From: an uncultured delta proteobacterium
GTDB taxonomy: Bacteria > Desulfobacterota > Binatia > HRBIN30 > BPIQ01
Assembly (NCBI GenBank): GCA_963761335.1
Contig: CAVXGR010000016.1
Location: 160,001-224,000, forward strand
Direction: 5' to 3'
Length of the DNA: 64,000 nt
Below the pieces are notes generated by a model that saw only the letters and a program-made list of their open reading frames with translations, was not told the DNA's origin and did not search any database. Position 1 is the first letter of the stretch, and each line of letters starts with the position of its first letter. A program made the position numbers and the translations under genes. Positions 10,057 through 23,531 of the stretch are shown here, piece by piece.

Positions 10057-10396
10057 CGGGTCGGTTGTCGTCCCAGATGACGCGCAGGCGAATCTGCTTG
10101 ACGTTGTCGAGGGAGGTGGGGCTCACCTGCCGCACCCAGTGGAACCTGGGGTCGGAGGGGATGGCGCCGGTGGCGTCGCCGATGCTGCCGAAGTCCTCGA
10201 ACTGCATCTGCGTCATCAGCTCGCGGGCGAAGAGTGTGGCGCGGCTGTAGTCGTTGGTGCGCGCCGTCAGGGCGACGTTGCGGCCGTGCAGGCCGAGGAG
10301 GGCCACGAAGGCGAAGGCGAGCACCGCCAGTGCCACCATCACCTCGAGCAGCGTGAAGCCGTGCTGCCGGTGCTCAACCCTGCGTCTGGGTGACAT
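10013..10396 (-). CDS. gspI: Type II secretion minor pseudopilin I
   Basis: GFTLLEVMVALAV motif, 127 aa, operon position. Confidence 0.85.
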   Translation of the reverse strand: MSPRRRVEHRQHGFTLLEVMVALAVLAFAFVALLGLHGRNVALTARTNDYSRATLFARELMTQMQFEDFGSIGDATGAIPSDPRFHWVRQVSPTSLDNVKQIRLRVIWDDNRPDACEIIYWIAAPTA

Positions 10397-11030
10397 CGCG
10401 GTAGCCTTCGAAGCGGCTCACCTTGCCGGTGAACGGCCAGATGACCAGGGTGTAGGCTTGGCGGCCGTTGTCCATGTGCACCACCGTCGGGTCGACGGTG
10501 CCGTCGGGAAAGAAGCGGGTGTACACCTGCCCCTGGCTCAGCTTGCCGACGCCCTGCAGGACGACGTCGCTGAAGGCGACGGTCTCGGGAAGAGTGACGG
10601 GACGGCCGATGGGGTCAGTCGGGTCGAAATCCTGCGGCAGCGCCAGCCCCCCCGACTGTGAGTCCGCGAGCCCGGAGCCGGAGCCGGTGAGCCCCGACCC
10701 GGAGCCGGTGTCGCCGTTGGCGGTATCGTCGACGGTGTCCTCGGTGCTGATCCAGTAGCGCTGTCCGTCGAGATCGAAGTTCAGGCGGTAGATGCGGCCG
10801 TTGAGGATGGCCTCGCCGCGCAAGAAGCGGACCTTGAGGGCGAGCCGCCGCACGTTGGAGCTCAGCTCCAGCTGCGAGGGGTCGCGCAGGCGCGGGATGA
10901 CGAAGGAGAGGACGATGCCGAAGATGAGCAGGACGAGCGAGATCTCCAGCAGGGTGAACCCCGCCTGCGCGCGGCTGCGGAAGACTTCGGCGTGAGAGAT
11001 GGCCGCTCTCCGGCGCTGTCGGCAGGTCAT
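10374..11030 (-). CDS. gspH: Type II secretion minor pseudopilin H
   Basis: AGFTLLEISLV motif; FFPDG and PFTGKV; located between gspG and gspI. Confidence 0.82.
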   Translation of the reverse strand: MTCRQRRRAAISHAEVFRSRAQAGFTLLEISLVLLIFGIVLSFVIPRLRDPSQLELSSNVRRLALKVRFLRGEAILNGRIYRLNFDLDGQRYWISTEDTVDDTANGDTGSGSGLTGSGSGLADSQSGGLALPQDFDPTDPIGRPVTLPETVAFSDVVLQGVGKLSQGQVYTRFFPDGTVDPTVVHMDNGRQAYTLVIWPFTGKVSRFEGYRDVTQTQG

Positions 11031-11103
11031 TGAAGGGACCGTGTCCTCTCGCCGTTCGGCTCCGTGCGGCGGGAGTGCACCGGAGAAAACCGCGAGCCGG
11101 GCG

Positions 11104-11523
11104 TCAGGAAGACATGTTGAAGTTGTCAATATCGGCGTTCTTGCCGTCGCCGCCCTCGGCGCCGTCGGCGCCGTAGCACTTGATGATCGGATGGCCAGCA
11201 CCGTCTAGCGCGTAGATGTAGGGATTTCCCCAGGGGTCGATCGGCACCTTGTCGAGGTAGCCGTCGGGGTTGTAGTTCCTGGCATTGGCTCCGGCGCCTC
11301 CGACCAGCACGTCCAGGGACTGCGGATAGGCACCGGTGTCGAGCTTGTAGAGGTGCAGGGCCTCCTCGATTCCCTTGATGTCGGCCTTGGCCTTGACGAT
11401 GCGGGCGTCATCCGTCCGGCCGATGATCTTCGGCGCCACCAGGGTGACGAGGAGACCGAGGATGAACACCACCACCATGATCTCGATGAGAGTGAACCCG
11501 GCCTGTTTGTGAACGCGGCTCAT
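11104..11523 (-). CDS. gspG: Type II secretion major pseudopilin G
   Basis: GFTLIEIMVVV, LYKLDTGAYP, DPWGNPY, GADGAEGGDGKNADI. Confidence 0.95.
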   Translation of the reverse strand: MSRVHKQAGFTLIEIMVVVFILGLLVTLVAPKIIGRTDDARIVKAKADIKGIEEALHLYKLDTGAYPQSLDVLVGGAGANARNYNPDGYLDKVPIDPWGNPYIYALDGAGHPIIKCYGADGAEGGDGKNADIDNFNMSS

Positions 11524-11571
11524 GATCGTTTGCCTCCGACGTCGAAACGCTAACACTGGCATTTCTCCGAT

Positions 11572-12807
11572 TCAATGTACCAGCTGGTTGAGCTCGAATA
11601 TGGGGACCAGGATCGCCAGCACGATGAAGAGCACGACGCCGCCCATGAAGATGATGATCAACGGCTCCATGACCGAGGTGAGCGAGGCCACCGATGTCTC
11701 GACCTCGTTGTCGTAGGCGTCGGCGGCGCGCGACAGCATCTCCTCCAGCTCGCCGCTCTTCTCGCCGACGGCGATCATGTGGGTCAGCAGCGGCGGAAAG
11801 AGGCCGCTCTTCTTCAGCGGCGGGGCGATACTGTGACCCTCGCGGATGCTGTTGCGGGCGTTGTCGATGGCCTCCGCCAGCAGCGTGTTGCTGACCACGT
11901 TGCGGACGATGTCGAGAGAGAGAAGCAGGGCAATGCCGCTGCGCAGCAGCGTCGACAGGGTGCGCGAGAAGCGCGCCAGCGCCACCTTCTTCAAGAGGCT
12001 GCCGGCGTAGGGAACGCGCAGGACGTAGGTGTCGAAGGTGAGCCGGCCGGCGGGCGTGCGCACCCAGAAGCGGAAGAGCACGGCGAAGATCACCACCAGG
12101 CTCAGCACCAGCCACCAGTACGCCTGCAGAAAGCCGCTGATGGCGAGAAGAACGACCGTCATCGTCGGCAGCGCCTGATGGGTGTCGGCGAAGATCCGGG
12201 TCACCTTGGGAACCACGTAGGAGACCAGGAAGAAGAGGATCAGCAGGCTGATGCCTCCCATCAGGATGGGGTAGGTGAGGGCGGCACGCACCTTGTTGCG
12301 CAGCTGGGCGGAGCTCTCGGTGTAATCGGCGAGCCGTTCGAGGACGACGTCCAGGGCGCCGCTGGCCTCGCCGGCGCGCACCATGCTGACGTAGAGATCG
12401 CTGAAGATGCGCGGGTGGTCGCGCAGCGCCTCGGCCAGGGAGACGCCCTCGGTGACCCGCTCGCGGACCTGGGAGAGGGCGCGCTCCATGCGCTGGTTCT
12501 CCGTCTGCTCGATCAGCGCCGTCAGACACTCGACCAGCGGCAGCCCGGCCCCCACCAGGGTGGAGAGCTGCCGGGTGGAGAGCGACAGGTCCTGCGGGGT
12601 GATGCGCTCGAAGTACTGCCCGATGTTGACGCTGTAGCGGGAGGCCGCCGCGGTCTTTGCCCGCGGCGCCCGCTCCTCGGCCAGATCGGTGGGAAAAATA
12701 CCGTCCCGGCGGAGCTTGAACCGCGCCCCCTTGGGGCTGTCGGCATCGATGATGCCGTTGACGTTGCGGCCCTGAGCTGTCAGGCCCTTGTAGGCATAGA
12801 CCGGCAT
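11572..12807 (-). CDS. gspF: Type II secretion inner-membrane platform protein F
   Basis: MPVYAYKG, RQLSTLVGAGLPL, AGEASGAL, GEKSGEL, MEP motifs. Confidence 0.95.
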   Translation of the reverse strand: MPVYAYKGLTAQGRNVNGIIDADSPKGARFKLRRDGIFPTDLAEERAPRAKTAAASRYSVNIGQYFERITPQDLSLSTRQLSTLVGAGLPLVECLTALIEQTENQRMERALSQVRERVTEGVSLAEALRDHPRIFSDLYVSMVRAGEASGALDVVLERLADYTESSAQLRNKVRAALTYPILMGGISLLILFFLVSYVVPKVTRIFADTHQALPTMTVVLLAISGFLQAYWWLVLSLVVIFAVLFRFWVRTPAGRLTFDTYVLRVPYAGSLLKKVALARFSRTLSTLLRSGIALLLSLDIVRNVVSNTLLAEAIDNARNSIREGHSIAPPLKKSGLFPPLLTHMIAVGEKSGELEEMLSRAADAYDNEVETSVASLTSVMEPLIIIFMGGVVLFIVLAILVPIFELNQLVH

Positions 12808-12868
12808 GCCGTCTAGATAGACGCCCGTGCCCGCCCGCTATTCGAATGGGCGGAGCCGTCCCCGGGGG

Positions 12869-14584
<1,716 letters not shown>

Positions 14585-14590
14585 GTCAGC

Positions 14591-17467
14591 TCAGTCGACT
14601 CGCGTCCATGCTACCACATTTCGCGCCATGGCGTCCTGCAATTCGAGCCAGTGCAGGAACTCGCGCGGCTGCTCGCTGACGTGCATCCCCTCGGGGTAGA
14701 GGGCGAAGGCCGCCGAGGCCGTCGGGAAGGCCGCCAGACAGCGATATACCGCTGCGAAGCTGTCGCTCTGGAAGCGATACTGCTGTCCGGGCCGGAAGAA
14801 GCGGGTCAGCTGCGAGTCGAGGGGCAGCACGATCGGCAACAGGCCGTTGATGCTCTCCAGGCTGGAGGGCGGCTGTCCCGCTTCCCAGATGCTGGCCAGC
14901 AGCACGTACTGGGAGGGCGGGATGGAGTCCTGGGGCCGCATCGACTCGGGCGACCCGAAGCTGTCGGGCTCCGGCGGCACGGCCGGGCGCTCCTCGCCCG
15001 GCTGGGCGGCGCGCTGCGCGGAAGTCTCGTCCGCAGCCGCAGCGCTGGGCAGCTCGTCCACGAGGCGACCGCCGCGTTCCCCGGGCTTGGGTGGTGCCGG
15101 CAGGCTGTCGACGTCCCACGACGGACGGTTGAGGACATCACGGCGCTTGTTGGGGATGTGCTGGTCATCCATGAATCCCTGCATCTTGTTGCGCTCGATC
15201 TTCGAGAAACGCTCCTGGTCGTACTCGTTGCGCACGATGTGCGGGGTGAGGAAGATCAGCAGGTTGATCTTGTTGCGGCTGGTGGTGCGATCCTTGACGA
15301 GGTTGCCGAGCACCGGGATGTCGCCGAGGAAGGGGATCTTCGACTCGGAGCTGCGGATGGTGTCGGAGATCAGACCGCCGATCACCACCGTCTGGCCGTC
15401 GCGCGCCACCACCGTGGTGGTGGTCGAACGGATGGTGGTCGCCGGGCCGACGGCGTTCGGATCGATGCCGGCGACGTCGGTGATGTCGGAGACCTCTTGA
15501 AAGATGTCGAGGCGGACGGTGCCGCCTTCGGAGATCTGCGGAGTGATGCGCAGGGTGATGCCGACGTCGCGCCGCTCGATGGTGGCGAAGGTGTTGGCGA
15601 GGTTGGTTTCGCTGGTGGAGCGGCTGGCGAGGAAGGGCAGATTGCGGCCGGAGACGATCTCCGCCTCCTGGTTGTCGGTGGTCAGCAGGTTGGGCGCCGA
15701 GAGGATGTTGAAGTCCGAATCCGTCTGCAGCGCGTTCAGCAGCGCCGCCTGCGCCGGCACGGTGCTGCCGTCGGGGAGCCGGATGGTCTGCGAGCTGGCG
15801 GCGGCGAGAATGAGGCCGGGCACCGAGAACTGCGACACGGCCGGGCCGACAGCGGTCTGCGTGAAGTTGTAGCGTCCGAGGCCGACTCCGGGGCCGAGAC
15901 CGGTGGCCCCCTGGAAGGTGAAGCCGAGCTGCCGCGAGCGGTCGAGGTCCACCTCGAGAATGATGGCTTCGACATAGACCTGCCGGCGGCGCACGTCGAG
16001 CTTCTCGATGACGTCCTTGATGGTCTCGAAGTCCTGCGGGGAGGCGTCGATGATCAGCGAGTTGGTGGCCGGGTCGGCGGTGATGTGGACCTCGCCCTCG
16101 AAGAACTGTTGCTGCGGGTTGCCGCCGGTGCCCACCGAGCCGCCGGCGAAGCCACCGGGTGTGCCGAGGCCGCCGAGCGTGCTGCCGCGGCCGCCGAGGC
16201 TCTGTCCGCGGCTGCTGCTGCCGAAGCTGCTGCCGCTGCTGCCGCCGAAGCCGCTGCTCGAGCCGAAGCCGCTGTTGCCGCCGAAGCCGCTGCGCGAGCC
16301 GAAGCTGCTGCCGCCGCCGCCGCGGCCGAAGCTGGAGCCGCCGAGGCCGCCGCGATTGAAGCCGCCGCTGCCGCCGAAGCCGCCCAGGCCGCCGATGCCG
16401 CCGCCGCCACCGCCGCCGATCAGGCTGCCGAGCACGGCCACCAGCTCCTGGGAGTTGGCGTGGCGCAGATAGTAGACGTGGATACGGCCGGTGCCGAGAG
16501 GAAGGGGAACGTCGAGCTGGGAGATCAGCTCCTTGATCTTCTCCATCTCCACCGGCGGAGCGATGACGATGAGTGAGTTGGTGCGTTCCTCGGGGACGAC
16601 CTTGAAAGACTGCTCGCCCGTGCCTCCGGCGACCTGCGCCGTGGCGTTGGCGCCGCGGCGGGCCGCGGCGGCGCGGGCGCGGGCGCTGCGCGCCGCAACC
16701 GGGGCTACCGGAGCCGCTCCCGGAGCGCCTCCGCCGGGAGCCTGCTCCTCGAGAACCTCGCCGATCTTGGAGGCGACGTCATCGGCGAAGGCGTGGGTCA
16801 GGCGGATGACCTCGACCTTGCGCTCCAGCCCGGGGACGTCGAGCTGATAGAGGATGCGCCGCAGGCGCTCGGTGTTGGCCGCGGTGTCGATGAGGATGAT
16901 GGTGTTGGTGGGATCGTAGACGGCGAGCAGTCCGTCGGGAGAGACCAACGGCTGCACGATGGCCACGATCGAGTTGGCGTCGACCTTCTTGAGCGGCACC
17001 AGGCGCGTGATGTACTCGTCGTTTGGCAGAGTCGAGGCCTGCTCGACGGTGCGCAGGGTGCTCGTCTTCGCCTCCTTGGTGGAGACGATCTTGGTGATCA
17101 CACCGCTCGGCACCGTGGTGAAGCCCTTCACCTGCAGGACCGACTGGAAGACCATGTAGGCTTCGTCGACCGAGATCTTGGAGGGAGAGATGACGGTCAC
17201 CTTGCCCTTCACGCGGTCGTCGACGATGAAGTTCTTGCCGGTGATGTCGCTGATGAACTTTACCAGGACGGGGAGATCGACGTCCTGGAAGTCCATGGTG
17301 ATCAGCTTCTCGTCTCCCGGCTTGCCAGCCGCCGGGGGTGGCGGAGCCGGGGGGTTCTGTGCCGGCGCCGGCGGGGGTTTCTGTGCCGCCGCGGGCGGCG
17401 GGAGAATCCATCCCAGACCGGCGCTGACGCAGCAGAGCGCCAGCAGGCAGCGCACGACTATTCTCAT
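14591..17467 (-). CDS. gspD: Type II secretion secretin D with Gly/Ser/Phe-rich loop and C-terminal extension
   Basis: Signal peptide, N0 (ITMDFQDVDL...KNFIVDDRVKGKVT), QVYVEAII, KIPFLGDIPVLG, LLIFLTPHIV. Confidence 0.95.
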   Translation of the reverse strand: MRIVVRCLLALCCVSAGLGWILPPPAAAQKPPPAPAQNPPAPPPPAAGKPGDEKLITMDFQDVDLPVLVKFISDITGKNFIVDDRVKGKVTVISPSKISVDEAYMVFQSVLQVKGFTTVPSGVITKIVSTKEAKTSTLRTVEQASTLPNDEYITRLVPLKKVDANSIVAIVQPLVSPDGLLAVYDPTNTIILIDTAANTERLRRILYQLDVPGLERKVEVIRLTHAFADDVASKIGEVLEEQAPGGGAPGAAPVAPVAARSARARAAAARRGANATAQVAGGTGEQSFKVVPEERTNSLIVIAPPVEMEKIKELISQLDVPLPLGTGRIHVYYLRHANSQELVAVLGSLIGGGGGGGIGGLGGFGGSGGFNRGGLGGSSFGRGGGGSSFGSRSGFGGNSGFGSSSGFGGSSGSSFGSSSRGQSLGGRGSTLGGLGTPGGFAGGSVGTGGNPQQQFFEGEVHITADPATNSLIIDASPQDFETIKDVIEKLDVRRRQVYVEAIILEVDLDRSRQLGFTFQGATGLGPGVGLGRYNFTQTAVGPAVSQFSVPGLILAAASSQTIRLPDGSTVPAQAALLNALQTDSDFNILSAPNLLTTDNQEAEIVSGRNLPFLASRSTSETNLANTFATIERRDVGITLRITPQISEGGTVRLDIFQEVSDITDVAGIDPNAVGPATTIRSTTTTVVARDGQTVVIGGLISDTIRSSESKIPFLGDIPVLGNLVKDRTTSRNKINLLIFLTPHIVRNEYDQERFSKIERNKMQGFMDDQHIPNKRRDVLNRPSWDVDSLPAPPKPGERGGRLVDELPSAAAADETSAQRAAQPGEERPAVPPEPDSFGSPESMRPQDSIPPSQYVLLASIWEAGQPPSSLESINGLLPIVLPLDSQLTRFFRPGQQYRFQSDSFAAVYRCLAAFPTASAAFALYPEGMHVSEQPREFLHWLELQDAMARNVVAWTRVD

Positions 17468-17482
17468 ATCACCTCGTCGCCC

Positions 17483-18361
17483 TCACCGCAGCTGATAGCT
17501 GAGCGTGCGGTTCTCCTTGTTGCGTGTGATCTCCACGGAGATGTCGCGATTGTTGCGCAGGTCCTGGAACAGGGACATGGCGCGCGCCGGATCGGTGAGC
17601 GGGGTGTCGTTGATGCGCCGGATGATGTCGCCATTGCGCAGGCCGATCTTGTCGAAGAGACTTCCCTGGCGGATCGCGAAGACGCGAAAACCGGTGGATT
17701 GCCCCCCTTCGAAGTGGGGCACCGCACGAATCTGCGTGAAGAGCTGGTTCATGTTCTCGAGCGCGCTGTCGACCTCGGTGCGCTCGATGGCGTACTGGTC
17801 CTCGCCGAGCTTCTCGATGCCGCCGCCGCCGCTCGCGGGCGCCGGCGGCGCCGCGCGGGCGCTGGCCACTTGCGGTTGTCCGGCGCCGCTGGCATCCGGC
17901 GTCAGCTCCAGAAACTCTTTCTGGCCGTTGCGCTCGAGAGTGATCCGGTCCCATTCGATCTCGACCAGTGTGGCGGCGCCGGCGACCTGATCGCCGATGC
18001 GATAGAGCTCCTGCTTGCGGGTGTTGAGATCCTCGATGATGGCGTAGGACGGCTTGTCGCCGTGGTGGATGGCGACGCCCCACAGCCGCAGGCGCAGCTG
18101 CGTCGGCGCCGGAGTGGGCGGTGTCGACGGCGCCTCCGGCTCCTTCGAGTTGAAGATGTCGCGCGTGCGGATCACCTCGTAGTACGAGAGCGGCTGATTC
18201 GGTTGCGCCGGAATCGGCCGCGGCGGCGCTTCGAGATTCACTTTGGGCATCGGGGTCAGCCTGGCGGCGACCGCCGTGGTGACCGTCGAGGCGCCCCAGT
18301 AGGCAATCAGTCCCAGCAACAATAGATTGACGAGAACGAGATATCGAGGGGGAATCGCCAT
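17483..18361 (-). CDS. gspC: Type II secretion protein C with PDZ domain
   Basis: TM, HR domain (LRLWGV...AIIED...YRIGD), PDZ (GLRNGDIIRRIN). Confidence 0.93.
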   Translation of the reverse strand: MAIPPRYLVLVNLLLLGLIAYWGASTVTTAVAARLTPMPKVNLEAPPRPIPAQPNQPLSYYEVIRTRDIFNSKEPEAPSTPPTPAPTQLRLRLWGVAIHHGDKPSYAIIEDLNTRKQELYRIGDQVAGAATLVEIEWDRITLERNGQKEFLELTPDASGAGQPQVASARAAPPAPASGGGGIEKLGEDQYAIERTEVDSALENMNQLFTQIRAVPHFEGGQSTGFRVFAIRQGSLFDKIGLRNGDIIRRINDTPLTDPARAMSLFQDLRNNRDISVEITRNKENRTLSYQLR

Positions 18362-18502
18362 GCCCGGTCAGCCCGCCTCTATTGGCAAATGGAGGCGGTG
18401 ATTTCAAGCAAGCGGCCGGTAGGGGTGGCGCCGAGAAGCCCGGCCTTTCCTCTCCGTGCCCTTCCCCGGAGGGGGGCGGCGGCGCGTTTTGGCGGCCCTG
18501 CC

Positions 18503-18531
18503 TTGACTTCGAAGCACCCCATGCGTACCGT
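18503..18531 (+). promoter_or_regulatory. Putative sigma-70 promoter of the IscA/ErpA gene
   Basis: TTGACT-17 bp-TACCGT, followed by an AAGGAG RBS. Confidence 0.6.
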
Positions 18532-18578
18532 CTTCAGACGCGGCGCAAGCCGTTTTCTTCAAAGGAGAATTTCTGCAG

Positions 18579-18959
18579 ATGGAGCATAGCGACGCGCAGC
18601 AGACGGCGACCGCCGCATTGCCGCAAGAGAAGCAGCGCCCGGTCGAGCTGACGCCTTTGGCCGTGGAAATGGCCAAGAAGGTGGCGGTGCGCGAGGGCGC
18701 CGGCGGGCGGGGACTGCGCGTCAGCGTCAGCGGCGGCGGCTGCTCGGGCTTCAGCTACAACTTGAAATTCGACTCGGCGGTGGACGGCGATACGGTCTAC
18801 GAGATCGACGGCCTCGAGGTGATCGTCGACGCCTCCAGCGTCGAGTACCTGATGGGCATGACCATCGATTACGTCACCGGCCTGCACGGCGCCGGGTTCA
18901 AGTTTCTCAACCCCAACGCCAGTCGCACCTGCGGCTGCGGCACCTCCTTCGCCGTCTGA
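18579..18959 (+). CDS. Iron-sulfur cluster A-type carrier (IscA/ErpA/HesB family)
   Basis: GGGCSG and NPNA..TCGCGTSF motifs. Confidence 0.95.
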   Translation: MEHSDAQQTATAALPQEKQRPVELTPLAVEMAKKVAVREGAGGRGLRVSVSGGGCSGFSYNLKFDSAVDGDTVYEIDGLEVIVDASSVEYLMGMTIDYVTGLHGAGFKFLNPNASRTCGCGTSFAV

Positions 18960-18961
18960 GC

Positions 18962-20410
18962 TCAGGCGGCCGCCGGCGCCAGCCGGCGGTAGAGCTCGGC
19001 ATAGCGGCGCGCCGAGCGCTCCCACGAGAAGTCGGCGGCCATGCCGTTGTCCACCAGGCGCGCCCAGGACGCGGGTCGTCGATAGATCTCGAGGGCGCGG
19101 CGCACGGCGGAGAGCAGGGCGCCCCCGGTATACGGGCCGAACTTGAACCCCGTGCCGCTGCCGGTGGCCTCGTCGAACTCGCCGACCGTGTCGTCGAGCC
19201 CGCCGGTGGCCCGCACCACGGGCGCGGTGCCGTAGCGCAGGCTGTAGATCTGATTGAGCCCGCAGGGCTCGTAGCGCGACGGCATGAGAAAGATGTCGGC
19301 CCCGGCCTCGATGCGGTGTGCCAGGCCGTCGTCGAACCCGATGTGGGCCGCGCACTGCCGCGGATGGCGCCGCGCCAGATCGGCGAGGCCGCTCTCGTAG
19401 GCGGCCTCGCCGCTTCCGAGCACGGCGAGCTGCACGGGCTCGGCGAGAAGGGCGGGGGCGGCCTCGAGGATGAGGTCGACGCCTTTCTGCGCGGCCAGGC
19501 GTGAGACCACGCCGAGCAGCGGCAGAGCCGGCTCCTCCGCCAGTCCGAGCTGGCGCTGCAGCGCCAGCTTGCAGAGGTGCTTGCCCGACGGGTTGCCGCG
19601 GCTGTAGCTCGCCGCCAGCCGTGGGTCCGCCTCCGGTGACCACACCCGGTAGTCGACGCCGTTGAGAATGCCGACCAAGGCGTGGCGGCGGCTCTGCAAC
19701 ACGCCGTCGAGGCCCCAGCCGAGCTCCGGCGTGCAGATCTCCTGCGCGTAGCGCGGGCTGACGGTGGTGATGGCGTCGGCGAAGACGAGACCGCCCTTCA
19801 GGTAGTTGATCTGCCCGTGGAACTCGAGGGCGGCGCTGCTGAAATATTTCCAGTCGAGCTGCAGCAGGTGCCAGTCGAGAGCCCAGAAGATGCCCTGGTA
19901 GCCGAGGTTGTGAATCGTGAGCGCGGTGCGCAGTCGCTGGAGGTGCGGATAGCGCGCCGCGTCGGCGTGCAGGAAGACCGGGGCCAGCGCGGTCTGCCAG
20001 TCGTGGCAGTGGAGAACGTCGAAATCGCCGAGGCGATCGACGGCGGCCAGCGCGGCGCGCCCGAAGAAGGCGAAGCGCTCGGCGTTGTCGGCGTAGTCGC
20101 CGCTGGCGCTGCCGTAGAGAGCGTCGCGGTCGAAGTAGGGATCGGCGCGCAGCAGATACACGTCGGCGCCCTCCGGCCCGGCGACGCGATAGAGCTCGGC
20201 CTCGACCGCGTGCCCGGAGATCGGTGCGGCCAGGCGGATCCCGGTGGGCTCGGCGCGGCCGGCTCGAAGCGCCTGTCGGTAGCCGGGCAGGAGCACGGTG
20301 ACCTCGATGCCGAGGCCATGCAGCGCCGACGGCAGAGCTGCGATCACGTCGCCGAGTCCGCCGGTCTTGGCGAGGGGCGCCATCTCGGACGCCAGCATCA
20401 GCACCCGCAT
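18962..20410 (-). CDS. glgA: Glycogen synthase
   Basis: KTGGLGDV, HCHDWQT, TIHNLGYQG, MPSRYEPCGL, RATGGLDDT. Confidence 0.96.
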   Translation of the reverse strand: MRVLMLASEMAPLAKTGGLGDVIAALPSALHGLGIEVTVLLPGYRQALRAGRAEPTGIRLAAPISGHAVEAELYRVAGPEGADVYLLRADPYFDRDALYGSASGDYADNAERFAFFGRAALAAVDRLGDFDVLHCHDWQTALAPVFLHADAARYPHLQRLRTALTIHNLGYQGIFWALDWHLLQLDWKYFSSAALEFHGQINYLKGGLVFADAITTVSPRYAQEICTPELGWGLDGVLQSRRHALVGILNGVDYRVWSPEADPRLAASYSRGNPSGKHLCKLALQRQLGLAEEPALPLLGVVSRLAAQKGVDLILEAAPALLAEPVQLAVLGSGEAAYESGLADLARRHPRQCAAHIGFDDGLAHRIEAGADIFLMPSRYEPCGLNQIYSLRYGTAPVVRATGGLDDTVGEFDEATGSGTGFKFGPYTGGALLSAVRRALEIYRRPASWARLVDNGMAADFSWERSARRYAELYRRLAPAAA

Positions 20411-20437
20411 GTCGGCGCCTCCGGCTCGCCTTCGACG

Positions 20438-22984
<2,547 letters not shown>

Positions 22985-23077
22985 GCGGCGATATCTAGTA
23001 CACCCCTCCCGGAGCGACAAGTCCACGGCCGCATGAGGGGAAATTTGACTTCGATCGGGCTTGCCAGTAGGAGCGGA

Positions 23078-23506
23078 ATGCAGAGGATTGCTGCCGTGGG
23101 AGAGCGGCTTTACACGATCGACGAAGTCAATGAGCTGATCCCGCGGTTGGAGATCATCCTGGCGCGCATGCAACGGCGCGGGCTCGAGCTGCGCGCCGCG
23201 CTCGATGACTTCGGGGGCGAGAGCACCGATCCCGAATTGACCATGGGAACCCTGCTGGAGCGCCGCCCGGAGCTGTTGCCGGCGGTGCGAGAGATGGAGT
23301 CGCTGCTGCGCGATATCGAGTCGGCGGGCGGCGAGTTCAAGGGGCTGGATCTGGGTCTGGTGGATTTTCCGGCAGAGCTCAATGGAGAGCGCGTCCTGCT
23401 CTGCTGGCAGTACGGCGAGAAGGAGGTGGCGTTCTTCCACGACCCCAGGTCCGGGTTCTCGGGTCGCCGGCCCCTGCGCCGCCGCCGCAGCACCTATCTC
23501 CAATAG
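23078..23506 (+). CDS. DUF2203 family protein
   Basis: KGLDLGLVDFP...LLCWQYGE...FH...GFSGRRPL; AGGAG RBS. Confidence 0.85.
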   Translation: MQRIAAVGERLYTIDEVNELIPRLEIILARMQRRGLELRAALDDFGGESTDPELTMGTLLERRPELLPAVREMESLLRDIESAGGEFKGLDLGLVDFPAELNGERVLLCWQYGEKEVAFFHDPRSGFSGRRPLRRRRSTYLQ

Positions 23507-23531
23507 AGGGCTCGCTTCCGCCGCATTCCGC

